Origin: Candidatus Thorarchaeota archaeon
GTDB lineage: Archaea; Asgardarchaeota; Thorarchaeia; Thorarchaeales; Thorarchaeaceae
Assembly (NCBI GenBank): GCA_013388835.1
Contig: JACAEL010000014.1
Coordinates: forward strand, 161,528-225,527
Reading direction: 5' to 3'
Length of the DNA stretch: 64,000 nt
This document shows positions 18,841-28,774 of the stretch, piece by piece; the stretch's first letter is position 1; the number at the start of each line of letters is the position of its first letter. Under the pieces are notes generated by a model. It made no database searches. It was not told where the DNA came from and saw nothing but the letters and a program-made list of their open reading frames with translations. A program made the translations under genes and the position numbers.

Positions 18841-19533
18841 CTAGATACCTGTCATGAAGTCAGTGAGGGCAGTCAGGTCCGGGTCAAGCGAGGATCTCTG
18901 AAGCGACTCTCCGCGATAGGTCACGGAGACCTCTCCTGCATTCTTTGGGTCCGTAGTGTCTACGGTGCCCGTGGCTGTCACTGTCAAGACAGAGTCCTCA
19001 TGAGGATAGATTATGAAGTCCTTCCACACAATTACTCGAAGGCTCTCGTCAAACGAGGCGTTACCAGACTGGACGTTCTCAATGCGTATGTTCGACAGTT
19101 CAGGGGGCACTGTCTTGTTGATGACCAGTGCATCGAGTTGCCCATCGCTCTCGTTCTTCACCCTGAGTGTAATCCGTACAGGATTCTCCTTTCCGTGTAC
19201 GTACGCCCAGTGTGCCTCTGGCGTGGAGACGCTACAGCATGTGTCGAAGGTCTCGGTCAATGTGAGTATGGGCCGGTCTATCTGTATCTGGTACTGGGTC
19301 TGCCATGTCCCGCCAGCATCGACCTCACCAACGCCTATGACATCCTCTGATATGCTCGTCTTGTCACGAGAACCCGCGACATGGACTCTCACATTCCATA
19401 TCCTGTTCTTGTCGGACACGTTCTTCACGCTCAGGACACCAGACGCTTCGACTGAAACTATCTCACTCAGTTCACCGGTCTGAGTCCTCTCCGACTCCTC
19501 TAGGTCTATTATGACTGTATTCTTGTCCGTCAA
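18841..19533 (-). CDS. hypothetical cytoplasmic beta-sandwich protein (DUF11-like)
   Basis: 230 aa. The TTG start is preceded by gggtgag (SD-like). VRITLRVKNESDGQLDALVINKTVPPEL...SVLTVTATG fits the repeat pattern, and there is no signal peptide. Confidence 0.55.
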   Translation of the reverse strand: MTDKNTVIIDLEESERTQTGELSEIVSVEASGVLSVKNVSDKNRIWNVRVHVAGSRDKTSISEDVIGVGEVDAGGTWQTQYQIQIDRPILTLTETFDTCCSVSTPEAHWAYVHGKENPVRITLRVKNESDGQLDALVINKTVPPELSNIRIENVQSGNASFDESLRVIVWKDFIIYPHEDSVLTVTATGTVDTTDPKNAGEVSVTYRGESLQRSSLDPDLTALTDFMTGI

Positions 19534-19553
19534 CTAGGCTCACCCTTTTTTCT

Positions 19554-19571
19554 GTCACCCTCCCGGGTGAC
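19554..19571. other. perfect 7-bp hairpin in the MBL / beta-sandwich intergenic spacer
   Basis: gtcaccc-tccc-gggtgac lies within the 64-nt spacer of a co-directional (minus strand) gene pair. Confidence 0.35.
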
Positions 19572-19597
19572 TCTGCTGCGTTCGACCGAGTGTAGAC

Positions 19598-20293
19598 TTA
19601 GGACATCTGGTACTTGAACTCATGTCCTGCGGCCCACTGTGCCTCGACGTACTGGCCCGCCTCCATCCTCAGAGGCGTGCAGCCCTCAACGAACTGCTCC
19701 ACGTAGCGTACGAACTTAGTGGGCTGATCTTCCGCACTCCACCTCATCGGTATTGCGAGCTTCGGCTTGGAGTCGGTACAGAGTGCGACAGCGTCCTTGA
19801 CCTGAAACACCTCACCGCCACCGATAGGCGTGATGAGGATGTCCAGTTCAAGCTGTCCAAACGGTCCACGAATCAACGTGTCTCCGAGGTATCCGACCCT
19901 CATGTGTCCCATCTCAATGTAGAAACCAAGGTTCTCGACCGTCTGTCCCGTTCCGGAGCCGCCCCTCTGGAGCGGATACGGTGTGAGTCTGAGTCCCGGT
20001 ATCTCATAGGGCGTTTCTGGTTTTAGCTCGTGCAAAAGCCATGCCTTTCCGCCTTGCTCCTTTGCCCTCTCGATGGTCTTGGTATTGCCGAGAATCCACG
20101 ACTTCGAGTTGGCCGCTATCGCTACGGCATTTCCCAGCGCATCATCCAAGTGGCTAGTCGCCATTATCAGCCTTACATCTAGGTTGTCAGGAACCGTCTT
20201 CGTTCCATCCCATATTCCCGGGTTGAGTAGCACTGAGGTCTCCTTCGACTCTAGGACGAAGGAGGTGTGACCGTAGTGAGTGATTTTGAGCAA
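19598..20293 (-). CDS. MBL-fold metal-dependent hydrolase (UPF0173-like)
   Basis: 231 aa. The MLKITHYGHTSFVLE... N-terminus and its length fit the small archaeal/bacterial beta-lactamase-fold hydrolases. Confidence 0.75.
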   Translation of the reverse strand: MLKITHYGHTSFVLESKETSVLLNPGIWDGTKTVPDNLDVRLIMATSHLDDALGNAVAIAANSKSWILGNTKTIERAKEQGGKAWLLHELKPETPYEIPGLRLTPYPLQRGGSGTGQTVENLGFYIEMGHMRVGYLGDTLIRGPFGQLELDILITPIGGGEVFQVKDAVALCTDSKPKLAIPMRWSAEDQPTKFVRYVEQFVEGCTPLRMEAGQYVEAQWAAGHEFKYQMS

Positions 20294-20515
20294 TGTACCA
20301 CTTCCCGCGTCCGGCTTGGTCCTCGCAGCCAGAGTTATCTGACTTGAGAGTATGCTGCCGACTTTTAAGTAATGTGCGCATAGGCACTCTTCTCACCTTG
20401 GGGAGCGCACTGCCCGTTACTCCGTGACCGACCAGATTGAGGATGTGGCGGTCTGCGGCATATCGATGTGCATCTTGTACGAGTCGATTCCAGTGACTCG
20501 AACTGGGGTGGTACG

Positions 20516-20525
20516 TTTTTATGAG
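20516..20525 (+). promoter_or_regulatory. TATA-like element upstream of nurA
   Basis: tttttatgag lies about 55 nt upstream of the ATG at 20577, inside a 283-nt non-coding gap. Confidence 0.35.
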
Positions 20526-20576
20526 CCTGTAATGACAAGTGCATAGAACACTCCTGTTCCGTTCCGGGGCCTCACA

Positions 20577-21872
20577 ATGCTTGACAAGATACTGACCGAC
20601 AGCTTCAGGACATGTCTGAAGAAGACCTTCGCAGACATCGAAGCACAACAGGACCGCAGGGACCTTCAGGAGTTCAAAGAGGACGAGCCAAGAATCAGGG
20701 ACAAGCTTCTCGCTGAAGTTCAACCATATCCACAGGACGTTGTACTAGATGAGGACTTTCTCGTAGCCGCAGTTGATGGTTCTGGCTCAGACAGCCTCTC
20801 AGTCCTCGACGATGTCCGTGTGCACTTGGTGAGTTCTGCGACAGTCATCCTCGACTCCAACACTCATGGCGAGTCACTCTTCAGGCCGCTCGATGCCAAT
20901 CACATTGAGTCGCTTGTCGGTCATAGTCAGCCCTTTCTGGACACCCACTGGCATTCCGGAGTAAGAAATGACGCACGAAAGAAGCTGGCTGAGACCCTCA
21001 TGGAGATCTATCCTCTAAAGGAGCTCAACCGGCTAGTATTGCCCTTCTTCACCGACTTCACGAGGGGCAAGATAACGTCGATGGCCGACCTCGAGGGTTC
21101 TGAATACGCTGGTTCAATCTCTGCCCTACTATCCATGGAGTCCCTCATCTCCAGGGCTCAGATTCTGACCGAGTCTGTGGTACATGAGCAGTTTCGAACA
21201 GTCGCCGAGTACGCCGCTGCACGAGCGGTCCTGACGAGCAGTGTCCATCCAAAGTATCTGCTTCTGGACGGTGCTCTCTCAATCTTCATGCATCCCACAC
21301 GCCAGTACCCCTCTATGCCAAGTGGGTTCATGCTTCGTGAGCTGTGTGCACTTGCCAGAAAGGAGGGCGTCATACTCTGTGCTGTGAGCAAGAATCACAC
21401 AATCCCCTTTGCTCACCGTATCGGGCGCCTTGCCCAGCAGAAGTATGGAAACGGAGCCAAGTGGTTCTGCCATCTCCCTGGTAGAGAAGACCCCGGAGGC
21501 GAACTCCGAATCTATTCCAATCGGCCGTACATCCCTCCGACACTGGCCGTGCCTTACCTGTATAGCTTCTCAAGGGACAACCGCCCCTCCAGAATCGACT
21601 TTGACAGGATCTGGTGGCTTCAGAACATCTATGTGAAAGACGACCCAGTTGCGACCAGAGAGAATGAGCAGGCGCTCTTTCGCGACATCGAGTTCATGTC
21701 AAGGGATGCAAGATGGTACGGGTATCCTGTAGCGTTGGCTCTTGCTCACGAACAATGCAAGCTGTCGTACGAGGACTTGCGCATAGCAAGAGAAGTGTGT
21801 CGGGATGTTCGCATGGAGATGGGCATAGACGAGCAGAGAGGAGACCCTCTCCGAGAGGACTTCAATTTGTGA
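20577..21872 (+). CDS. nurA: NurA 5'-3' nuclease
   Basis: 431 aa. It has the AAVDGSGS catalytic-Asp motif and sits directly upstream of herA-mre11-rad50. Confidence 0.75.
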   Translation: MLDKILTDSFRTCLKKTFADIEAQQDRRDLQEFKEDEPRIRDKLLAEVQPYPQDVVLDEDFLVAAVDGSGSDSLSVLDDVRVHLVSSATVILDSNTHGESLFRPLDANHIESLVGHSQPFLDTHWHSGVRNDARKKLAETLMEIYPLKELNRLVLPFFTDFTRGKITSMADLEGSEYAGSISALLSMESLISRAQILTESVVHEQFRTVAEYAAARAVLTSSVHPKYLLLDGALSIFMHPTRQYPSMPSGFMLRELCALARKEGVILCAVSKNHTIPFAHRIGRLAQQKYGNGAKWFCHLPGREDPGGELRIYSNRPYIPPTLAVPYLYSFSRDNRPSRIDFDRIWWLQNIYVKDDPVATRENEQALFRDIEFMSRDARWYGYPVALALAHEQCKLSYEDLRIAREVCRDVRMEMGIDEQRGDPLREDFNL

Positions 21873-21881
21873 GGTGAACGA

Positions 21882-23660
21882 ATGCCACTCGACAGAGACA
21901 GACTAGGCGAACCATATGGAAAGGTCGGAATTGGAAACCAGTCCATGCTGGGTATAATGGGCAACAACAGGGACGTGAGCGTCGGAGAGATCTTCATGAT
22001 CTACTCGAAGAGGGACGGGAGCGAGCGGGTCTTCTTCTTCAGAGTGCTTGACCTTGAGAACTACCTCCGGCATGTGGATGACATGTCAAGGGTAGCTGGC
22101 ACCCTGATGGTCGAAGGTGACGCGTATCTGTCTGGTATCGAGAGGAACATGCTCCTCGCTGTAGGTGGGAAGATGCTGGGCTATGCCGAGCTGAAGAAGG
22201 ACCCCAAGTCAGGGGATGACCAGTGGGAGTTCAGGTCTCCGCGTCGTCTGCCGGACCATCTGGCCGATGTGTACAGACCATTACGTGGGACCTCTGATGC
22301 AGTTGTGAGAGAGATGCTCGACACCCAGACGGGTGGCGAGATATACGTCGGGGACCTTCAGATAGGCGAGTCGACTCTGGATGTTCCAATCAGCATTCCT
22401 GCCAAGTATCTCCCAATGCATGTGGGAATCTTTGGTTCTACTGGAGCAGGCAAGAGCAACCTGATGATGGTCTTGGTCAAAGCAATGATTGACAACAACC
22501 TCCAAGCAGCCAGGAACAAAGATGCAAGTCTGAGGAGGGTCTCAGCGTTCTGCATTGACCCGCATGACGAGTTCGCTCAAGGCGTAGACCAGTACGGCAT
22601 TCAGGACATCGTCGAGGCGATGGACCCACAGACTAGGTCTGATGTGCTAGGTGACTTCTACTACCTGACTTCACATCTGGCTGCCACATCACGAGAAATC
22701 AGCAGGTATGGACGCGACATTCGCATATTGTGGGAAGAGATTCAGCCAAGAGACCTGTACTCCATCATGGACTTCACACCTCAGATGTCCTTCTTCATAG
22801 ACTCGATCTATGCACAAGAACGAGAGAACTGGGTCGCCGCGATACTCGATATGAGCGAGGACCCGAGTGGGACCCCAAGTGGGACTGTACATGCAGTACA
22901 GAGGCGTCTGGGCGTCTTAGAGCGCTCGTCAATCTTCGCCCGCAGTGGCAACTCCATTCTCAGTGATATCTATACAGCAATGGAGTCCGGGCGGGTACTG
23001 GTAGTCAACACAACGTTGTTGAGCGACATGGAGCAGTTCCTCCTCACCACGGTCGTGACGAGGACTGTTTCTGACCTGAGGCGGGCTGCAAAGAGCAGTG
23101 GCACTCTAGGTGACTTCGAGGCTCAGGGTCAGGTGCGACTTCCGAGGCCTTTCTTCGAAAGAGTGAAGGCCCAGGCCAAGAAGTTCTATAGTGCAGGCGG
23201 CGCCGACGATGCCGCTCCGATGAGAGACCTTAGGACACTGCCGGTGATCATGATTACAGTTGAAGAGGCGCCGTCAATACTCAACCCCCAGCTCATGCAG
23301 GGTCAGTCCGTGTTCAAAGACATCTCTAGGCAGGGACGGAAATTCAACATTGGTCTCCTGGTAGTGAGTCAACAGGTAAGTGTACTTGATAATGTCATCC
23401 TGAGCCAGATGAATACCGAGATCAACTTGCGACTTGGCAATGAGCGGGAGATAAAGGCCTGCATAGAGAATGCGAGCGTGAACATCTCTGGCTTTGAGGA
23501 CGAGTTCAGAGTGATGGCCAGAGGTGAGGCCATTCTGACTGCATCCTACCGCGAACTGCCTCTACCGCTAAAGATTCCCCTCTTCGATGACCTCTTCAAG
23601 CGCGACCGGAGCAAGTACAAGTCGCCCAAGGCAAGACCGGACGAGAAACACATGTTGTGA
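21882..23660 (+). CDS. herA: HerA hexameric DNA helicase/translocase (DUF87 ATPase)
   Basis: 592 aa. Walker A is GIFGSTGAGKSNLM, Walker B region is PVIMITVEEAPS, followed by GRKFNIGLLVVSQ. Confidence 0.85.
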   Translation: MPLDRDRLGEPYGKVGIGNQSMLGIMGNNRDVSVGEIFMIYSKRDGSERVFFFRVLDLENYLRHVDDMSRVAGTLMVEGDAYLSGIERNMLLAVGGKMLGYAELKKDPKSGDDQWEFRSPRRLPDHLADVYRPLRGTSDAVVREMLDTQTGGEIYVGDLQIGESTLDVPISIPAKYLPMHVGIFGSTGAGKSNLMMVLVKAMIDNNLQAARNKDASLRRVSAFCIDPHDEFAQGVDQYGIQDIVEAMDPQTRSDVLGDFYYLTSHLAATSREISRYGRDIRILWEEIQPRDLYSIMDFTPQMSFFIDSIYAQERENWVAAILDMSEDPSGTPSGTVHAVQRRLGVLERSSIFARSGNSILSDIYTAMESGRVLVVNTTLLSDMEQFLLTTVVTRTVSDLRRAAKSSGTLGDFEAQGQVRLPRPFFERVKAQAKKFYSAGGADDAAPMRDLRTLPVIMITVEEAPSILNPQLMQGQSVFKDISRQGRKFNIGLLVVSQQVSVLDNVILSQMNTEINLRLGNEREIKACIENASVNISGFEDEFRVMARGEAILTASYRELPLPLKIPLFDDLFKRDRSKYKSPKARPDEKHML

Positions 23661-23670
23661 GGTCTCACGT

Positions 23671-24981
23671 ATGAAGAAGCGCATTGCCCACATTTCCGAC
23701 ACACACCTTGGCGCTCGACCTCGTGAGGGGGTCCGACCGGGCGTATGGGGCGTAGAGATGCGAGCGAGGCTACTTGAGAACGACTTCTATGAACGCTTCG
23801 CGGAGATATTCGACAGAATCGCCGCTCTTGACCCACCAGTGGACCTTGTGATACACTCAGGAGACCTCTACGACTCCCCGTGGGACAAGAACCCTCAGAG
23901 TCCACCTCCTGTCGCCCTTGAGACTGCTCTGTTGGTGCTCAAGCAGTTCATCCAGAAGACCGGGATTCCCGTGCTTCTTATCGAAGGCAATCATGGTCTA
24001 TATCGTAATATGGAGGTGTCGCTGCTCGACTATCTGCGAATCTCTCTTGACGGAGTGAGTGTCGCCACTTATGTCGACTTCAAGCGAGCCCTCAGCGAGG
24101 GTCGTCCTCTCTTCTTCAGGTATGATGAACTTGATGTCTATTGCTTTCCTTACATCGAACCCGGGCTCTTGGAGTCCGCGGGTCTGGTTTCAGACTTCAA
24201 TGACTGGGTCACGATTCACCAGAAACCATCGAGGAGAGATGCGGTTTCTGTGGCGGTCGCACACGGCATGGATATTGACAAGACCTTGCATCACTCTATC
24301 TTCAGCAACAAGTATGACTATGTAGCTCTTGGACATGACCACCATCAGCACCAATACCGGGAGGATGCGTGGTATGCGGGCTCTCCGGAGCGCTGGAGGT
24401 TCGACGAGTCACGTCACGAGAAGGGATTCCTCTTGGTCGAGATTGAGAAGGGGCAGCCACCCGTTGTCACCCCACAGAAGATTGAGTTGGAGCGGCCCGT
24501 CCTCACCGACCAGATTGTGCTGAGACCTGATATGACCGTAGAGACCGCCATCGAAGTTATCGATGAGTGGTTTGAGTCAAAGGGACTGAAGACGGCGTGG
24601 AACCCCCGGACTGCTGCACGTGTCAGTCTGGCTCTGACTGATGACTCTCCCCAAGTGCGAGGCAATGAGTTGAACATAGCTCTTGAAGGGCTCAGGTCAA
24701 GAGTGTTCACTGAGGGTTCGGGCTACAACATCTCTCAGTTTGTGTGGTCGCTTAAGAGGTCTGATACCGAACACTATGCATCTGCGTTCCCAGAGATTGA
24801 ATCTGAGTACCTCATTGCAGACCCCGAGGCTGACTTCAAGGAGTTCTTGTCCTCGAAACAGCTGGACTCCGGTTATGATCCTGAAGTACTGACTCGTATT
24901 GCTGTGGGTGCTCTCAAGTTCGCTGTGACCCGACCCGACGAGAAACTGACCCTTGAAGGACTTGAGGAGGAGAGAGAGTGA
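23671..24981 (+). CDS. mre11: Mre11 DNA double-strand-break repair nuclease
   Basis: IAHISDTHLG, HSGDLYD, GNHG and GHDH are calcineurin-like phosphoesterase motifs. ATG at 23671 lies 10 nt after the herA stop; the ORF-track start at 23587 overlaps herA. Confidence 0.85.
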   Translation: MKKRIAHISDTHLGARPREGVRPGVWGVEMRARLLENDFYERFAEIFDRIAALDPPVDLVIHSGDLYDSPWDKNPQSPPPVALETALLVLKQFIQKTGIPVLLIEGNHGLYRNMEVSLLDYLRISLDGVSVATYVDFKRALSEGRPLFFRYDELDVYCFPYIEPGLLESAGLVSDFNDWVTIHQKPSRRDAVSVAVAHGMDIDKTLHHSIFSNKYDYVALGHDHHQHQYREDAWYAGSPERWRFDESRHEKGFLLVEIEKGQPPVVTPQKIELERPVLTDQIVLRPDMTVETAIEVIDEWFESKGLKTAWNPRTAARVSLALTDDSPQVRGNELNIALEGLRSRVFTEGSGYNISQFVWSLKRSDTEHYASAFPEIESEYLIADPEADFKEFLSSKQLDSGYDPEVLTRIAVGALKFAVTRPDEKLTLEGLEEERE

Positions 24982-27080
24982 AGATACTCACGCTTGATGT
25001 CAAGGACTTCAAACCCTACCGAAGGTTGACGCTTCCCGAAGAGGGCGAGTTGCCAGAGGGACTCATCCTTGTACGCGGTTCGAATTCCACTGGCAAGTCT
25101 TCCCTGTTCGAGGCCATTCTGTGGGCGCTCTGGGGGCCGAGGGCTGTTGGATCCGGAGTTGAGAATGACGACCTGGTCAGCTTCTCAGGAGTTCAGTGCC
25201 GTGTTCAGATGACCTTCGATGTTGATGGCAAGGTCTACAAGATAGAGCGTTCCTATGACTCGGCGGACGGAATGAAGGTAGTTCTCTATGAGAAGAAGAA
25301 CAACGCATGGAAGAGTGTCGGGGACAAATCTGGTACAGTCGAGAGGAACCTCCAGGAGATCTTGAATCTGGAATGGCAGCAAGCGACTAACACACTGCTA
25401 GTACGCCAGGGTGAGGTTGCACTGATTGCCAACTCGACACCATCAGCTCTTCGAGAGCTCCTGCTGAAGGTCTACAACATAGAACTCATCGAACAGATGG
25501 AAGGGCAGCTTAACCACTTGGAGAAGGACATCGAGGGCAAGCTGAAGGACAAACGCACAAGTTATGAGCGTCCTGAGACCGCCGAGGCCTATGCCTCGCA
25601 GATTCGCGAGAGTGTGAAGCAGCTTCAGCGTGCACATGACGGCAAGAATGAGGAGCTGAAGACAGTCCAATCGCAGCTTGCGAGTCTCCCGGCTCGAGCG
25701 GCGATTCGAGCTCTTCACGACCTGTCTGCTGCCATCGACCGGAAGTCCGCGGAGTTGGCCGAGCGCCAAGAGGTCCTCCAGAACGCGCTTGATGAGGCTG
25801 GTCTAATGGACACCGACCCTAGTCTCATAGAGGCTAGACAGCGCCAGCTGGAGCGGGAGATGGAACGTCTTAATTCATTACAGACAACGATAGACTCGCG
25901 GATATCGGAGATAGATCAGCAGACCGGGCACATCAACGGGGTCGCTCGTGACTTCGGTGCGAAGATTGCCGTCTTGGAATCAGCTGTCCGCGTGTCTGCC
26001 CGCGCCGACATGCTATGTCCAACATGCCAGAAACCTCTGACGTCTGACGAGTGCAATCACATTCTCAGTGAGTACAGGCAGTCAATCTCTCAGGGTGAGC
26101 TCACGCTCAAAGAGCTGAAGGCAGAGAGGTCACGTCTTGCAGGTGAATCTCGTGAGACCCGGGCCAGCATGGTTGTGGTGGAGGGAGCTCTGAAGGGACT
26201 GTCACGACTTAGGAGTCGCCAGTCCGAAGTAGAGGCCTCGAAGAAACAACTTGAGGAAAAGGAAGCGGAACTCCAAGCAGTCTTGAGGACGCTTGGGGTG
26301 AAAAGCATTGAGAGCCTTCTCAAGAAGCACGGAGTCGATGCCGTCGTTGACCTCCATACTCTCATAGAGCAGACATCAACTCGCTATGAGAGCTTGAAGG
26401 GGGAATTGGAGTCCTTCGAACAGCGACTCCAAGACGAACAGCGCGCGCTCGCTGAGCAGGAGGCCAAGGTGATTCTGATGCGTCAACTGCAAGCTGAGAT
26501 TGAGTCACTGGAGAAGATCCTTGAGCATACAAGGTACGTGCGAAGGAAGCTGGTCAAGAGTTTTGTTGCAGATTATGTCTTCCAGAAGCGACTCATTGGA
26601 ATTGTCCGCGGTGCAACGAATCGTTACGTGCGCGAGTTCACGTCAGGGCAGTATACTAGCATCGACCTCGTACCTACTTCTGCCTCAGGAATCGGGGGTC
26701 AAGGAGTGGCTCTGAAAGTACAGGATGCGCGCGACAATGCGCTCAAGAAGACCTCTCAGCTGAGCTACGGAGACAAGACTGCAGTGAGCATCGGTCTCAG
26801 ACTGGGGATCAGTCGGACCATGAGCAGCGTTCGTCCTCTCAGGGGTAGTCCTGCGGTCTCTCCGAGGGTGCGATGCGTGCTGCTCGATGAGCCTCTTGGG
26901 GGACTTGACAAGACACGACGTGCAGCAGTCATCGATGGCCTGACCCGGGACCATAGCTTCAAGCAGATATTCCTCATCACGCATACGGACGTGCAGGGTC
27001 ACGAGGATGTCCCGACAATTGATGTGACACGCACTGGTGCATCAAGCGAAGCCCGGCTCCACATCCCGTCTGATGAGTAG
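24978..27080 (+). CDS. rad50: Rad50 SMC-like ATPase (short, 700 aa)
   Basis: The GTG start overlaps the mre11 stop. Walker A is GSNSTGKSSLFEAI and the central zinc hook is CPTC, flanked by long coiled coils. The signature-like motif is QLSYGDK, Walker B is VLLDEPLGGLD, and there is a final ITHT. Confidence 0.85.
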   Translation: MKILTLDVKDFKPYRRLTLPEEGELPEGLILVRGSNSTGKSSLFEAILWALWGPRAVGSGVENDDLVSFSGVQCRVQMTFDVDGKVYKIERSYDSADGMKVVLYEKKNNAWKSVGDKSGTVERNLQEILNLEWQQATNTLLVRQGEVALIANSTPSALRELLLKVYNIELIEQMEGQLNHLEKDIEGKLKDKRTSYERPETAEAYASQIRESVKQLQRAHDGKNEELKTVQSQLASLPARAAIRALHDLSAAIDRKSAELAERQEVLQNALDEAGLMDTDPSLIEARQRQLEREMERLNSLQTTIDSRISEIDQQTGHINGVARDFGAKIAVLESAVRVSARADMLCPTCQKPLTSDECNHILSEYRQSISQGELTLKELKAERSRLAGESRETRASMVVVEGALKGLSRLRSRQSEVEASKKQLEEKEAELQAVLRTLGVKSIESLLKKHGVDAVVDLHTLIEQTSTRYESLKGELESFEQRLQDEQRALAEQEAKVILMRQLQAEIESLEKILEHTRYVRRKLVKSFVADYVFQKRLIGIVRGATNRYVREFTSGQYTSIDLVPTSASGIGGQGVALKVQDARDNALKKTSQLSYGDKTAVSIGLRLGISRTMSSVRPLRGSPAVSPRVRCVLLDEPLGGLDKTRRAAVIDGLTRDHSFKQIFLITHTDVQGHEDVPTIDVTRTGASSEARLHIPSDE

Positions 27081-27136
27081 CGAAGCCACAGGGAGAGAAC
27101 GGCAGAGATATCAACTGGAGTCTGTTCCTGACGGAC

Positions 27137-28774
27137 ATGGCACCCCGATGGGACGTGACCAAGGCTGCAAGGTTCCTGTACGAGTACAAGTTCCTGATAC
27201 TCGTTCTCTATGTTGGTGTCTTGGTGTGGAGTGCGGTCTTCAGTGCGGCAGTGGCCGACTACCTTGACACTTCATACTGGAACTCCCGTGGCGTGTGGCT
27301 TGGCAACGGAGACATCCAGGTGTTCGGCTTCACAGTGGAGTATATGTTCGAGGGGTATGGTGACTACTCCTTCTACTACGTCCACTGGGGACACAATATG
27401 CTCAGAGGTGTCATGCCATACAACAGTGACTTCGGATATCTTCGAATGAATGGCATTACCAATGAGAACGGTCTATTCGTCTTTCCCCCACTGACCGCCG
27501 TCCTCTATGCGATTGGAGTCCTGATCGCTCCAGACAACACAGGTATCGGGCTTCTCCTCGTCATCATGGGCTTCATCACAGTGTTTCCCGTGTATGGCAT
27601 TGCCAAGAATCTGTCGAACAACCGCCATGTGGGCGAAGCGGCAGCTCTGACCTATCTTCTCAATCCCGCAGTGCTCTATCACACCGTGTTTGCTTGGCTG
27701 AATCCCGCTCCGTTCATACTCTTCTTCTTCCTCGGCTTCTATGCTCTCACAGTAGGTAGACGACACACGGGCACACTGCTCATCGTGACTGCTGCACTGT
27801 TCAAGCAGACCGCATGGCTTCTCGGTATTCCATTGATTGTCTTCCTTCTGGTCAAGGAACGGGTCCCAGGCCACTCAACTGGCCATCAGGCCCAGGGTGA
27901 CAGCGACAAAGCGCCACTATCCGTTGAGCCCGACAATGTCAAGCGGCCTCAGCGTGGGATTGACCTTGTCAAGGCGGGTTTCCTCAGGCCCTCCAAATAC
28001 TTGGATATCAGAGGTTTCGTCACCAGCTGTGCTGTGGTCCTGGGTTTTGTGGGCGCCATAGTGTTCCCTTTCTACATCGCACAGCCTCAGATGCTGTACC
28101 ACTTGAGCCTCGCCAGCGGTGGCTTCTGGATCGAGTCGCTCACAGAGCTTCCGGACTATTCTTCGCCGATACGTCTGCAGCACCTTCCCGTTCTAGTAGG
28201 GTTGCCAGACCTTGCTGCAGGGTTGAACTACATCGTGTACTATGGCTTTCTTCTGACCTTCACATTGGCTGTCTCATTCGGCCTGATGATGTTCATTGAC
28301 AAGGACATGACTCGGAGACGTTACTACTTCCGCCATCTGCTATTCTTCACTATGATGATGATACTCCTCGTCAACATCACAGGACCCAGAGGGATTTACA
28401 AGTACTACCTCACCCTCCTTGCTCCCTTCTTCTCTATATTCTCATCCGTGAAGATGGTCACAAGTCAGGAAGAGCACATCCCGTTCTCGTTCTCAATGCT
28501 TTGGATGCCCATCGCCTTGACACTCCTCTACCTTGTACCCAATCGCAACGTGTACTTCGTTTCTCTCATACTGATTGCAGCCGCCTATGCTCTCGCACGT
28601 CAGATTGGTGTTCTCTGGGCTGCTATCACAACACCGGCGAGGCGCTTGTCTGCGCAGACTCGGAAGCTTCTGAGACCGATGCTCTCACACTATCTGATTG
28701 TCAGAGCGAACATCCACAGGGCTCTCTATGGTTCGTTCCAAGAGGCGACAGACAACAATGACGTATGCGCATAG
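27137..28774 (+). CDS. polytopic membrane protein, GT-C-like glycosyltransferase candidate (DUF2029/PMT-like), paralogue 1
   Basis: 545 aa with more than 10 hydrophobic segments. The first-loop motif is GYGDYSFYYVHWGHNMLRGVMPY. It shares many motifs with the next gene. Confidence 0.5.
   Translation: MAPRWDVTKAARFLYEYKFLILVLYVGVLVWSAVFSAAVADYLDTSYWNSRGVWLGNGDIQVFGFTVEYMFEGYGDYSFYYVHWGHNMLRGVMPYNSDFGYLRMNGITNENGLFVFPPLTAVLYAIGVLIAPDNTGIGLLLVIMGFITVFPVYGIAKNLSNNRHVGEAAALTYLLNPAVLYHTVFAWLNPAPFILFFFLGFYALTVGRRHTGTLLIVTAALFKQTAWLLGIPLIVFLLVKERVPGHSTGHQAQGDSDKAPLSVEPDNVKRPQRGIDLVKAGFLRPSKYLDIRGFVTSCAVVLGFVGAIVFPFYIAQPQMLYHLSLASGGFWIESLTELPDYSSPIRLQHLPVLVGLPDLAAGLNYIVYYGFLLTFTLAVSFGLMMFIDKDMTRRRYYFRHLLFFTMMMILLVNITGPRGIYKYYLTLLAPFFSIFSSVKMVTSQEEHIPFSFSMLWMPIALTLLYLVPNRNVYFVSLILIAAAYALARQIGVLWAAITTPARRLSAQTRKLLRPMLSHYLIVRANIHRALYGSFQEATDNNDVCA

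Noticed and set aside
20187-20723. A 178-aa minus-strand ORF spanning the MBL/nurA intergenic region
   Set aside because: It overlaps the starts of both flanking genes and crosses a region with promoter-like AT-rich elements. Its translation shows no domain pattern.
23587-23670. The upstream start for mre11 (ORF-track start 23587) and similar long starts for the HIT gene (31299), aspS (42593), the Vps22-like gene (43985), tldD (49602) and the longin-like gene (55920)
   Set aside because: The extensions overlap the preceding gene or add non-conserved, Arg/Ser-rich leaders. Internal ATGs place the conserved N-terminal motifs at their usual distance from the start.
27066-27132. A C/D-box sRNA-like arrangement at the rad50 stop: tctgatgag ... 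about 55 nt ... cctgacgg
   Set aside because: There are no convincing internal C'/D' boxes. The terminal stem is at most 3 bp and out of register, and the C box begins with a pyrimidine. A similar ctgatga at 5086-5092 also lacks a partner stem.
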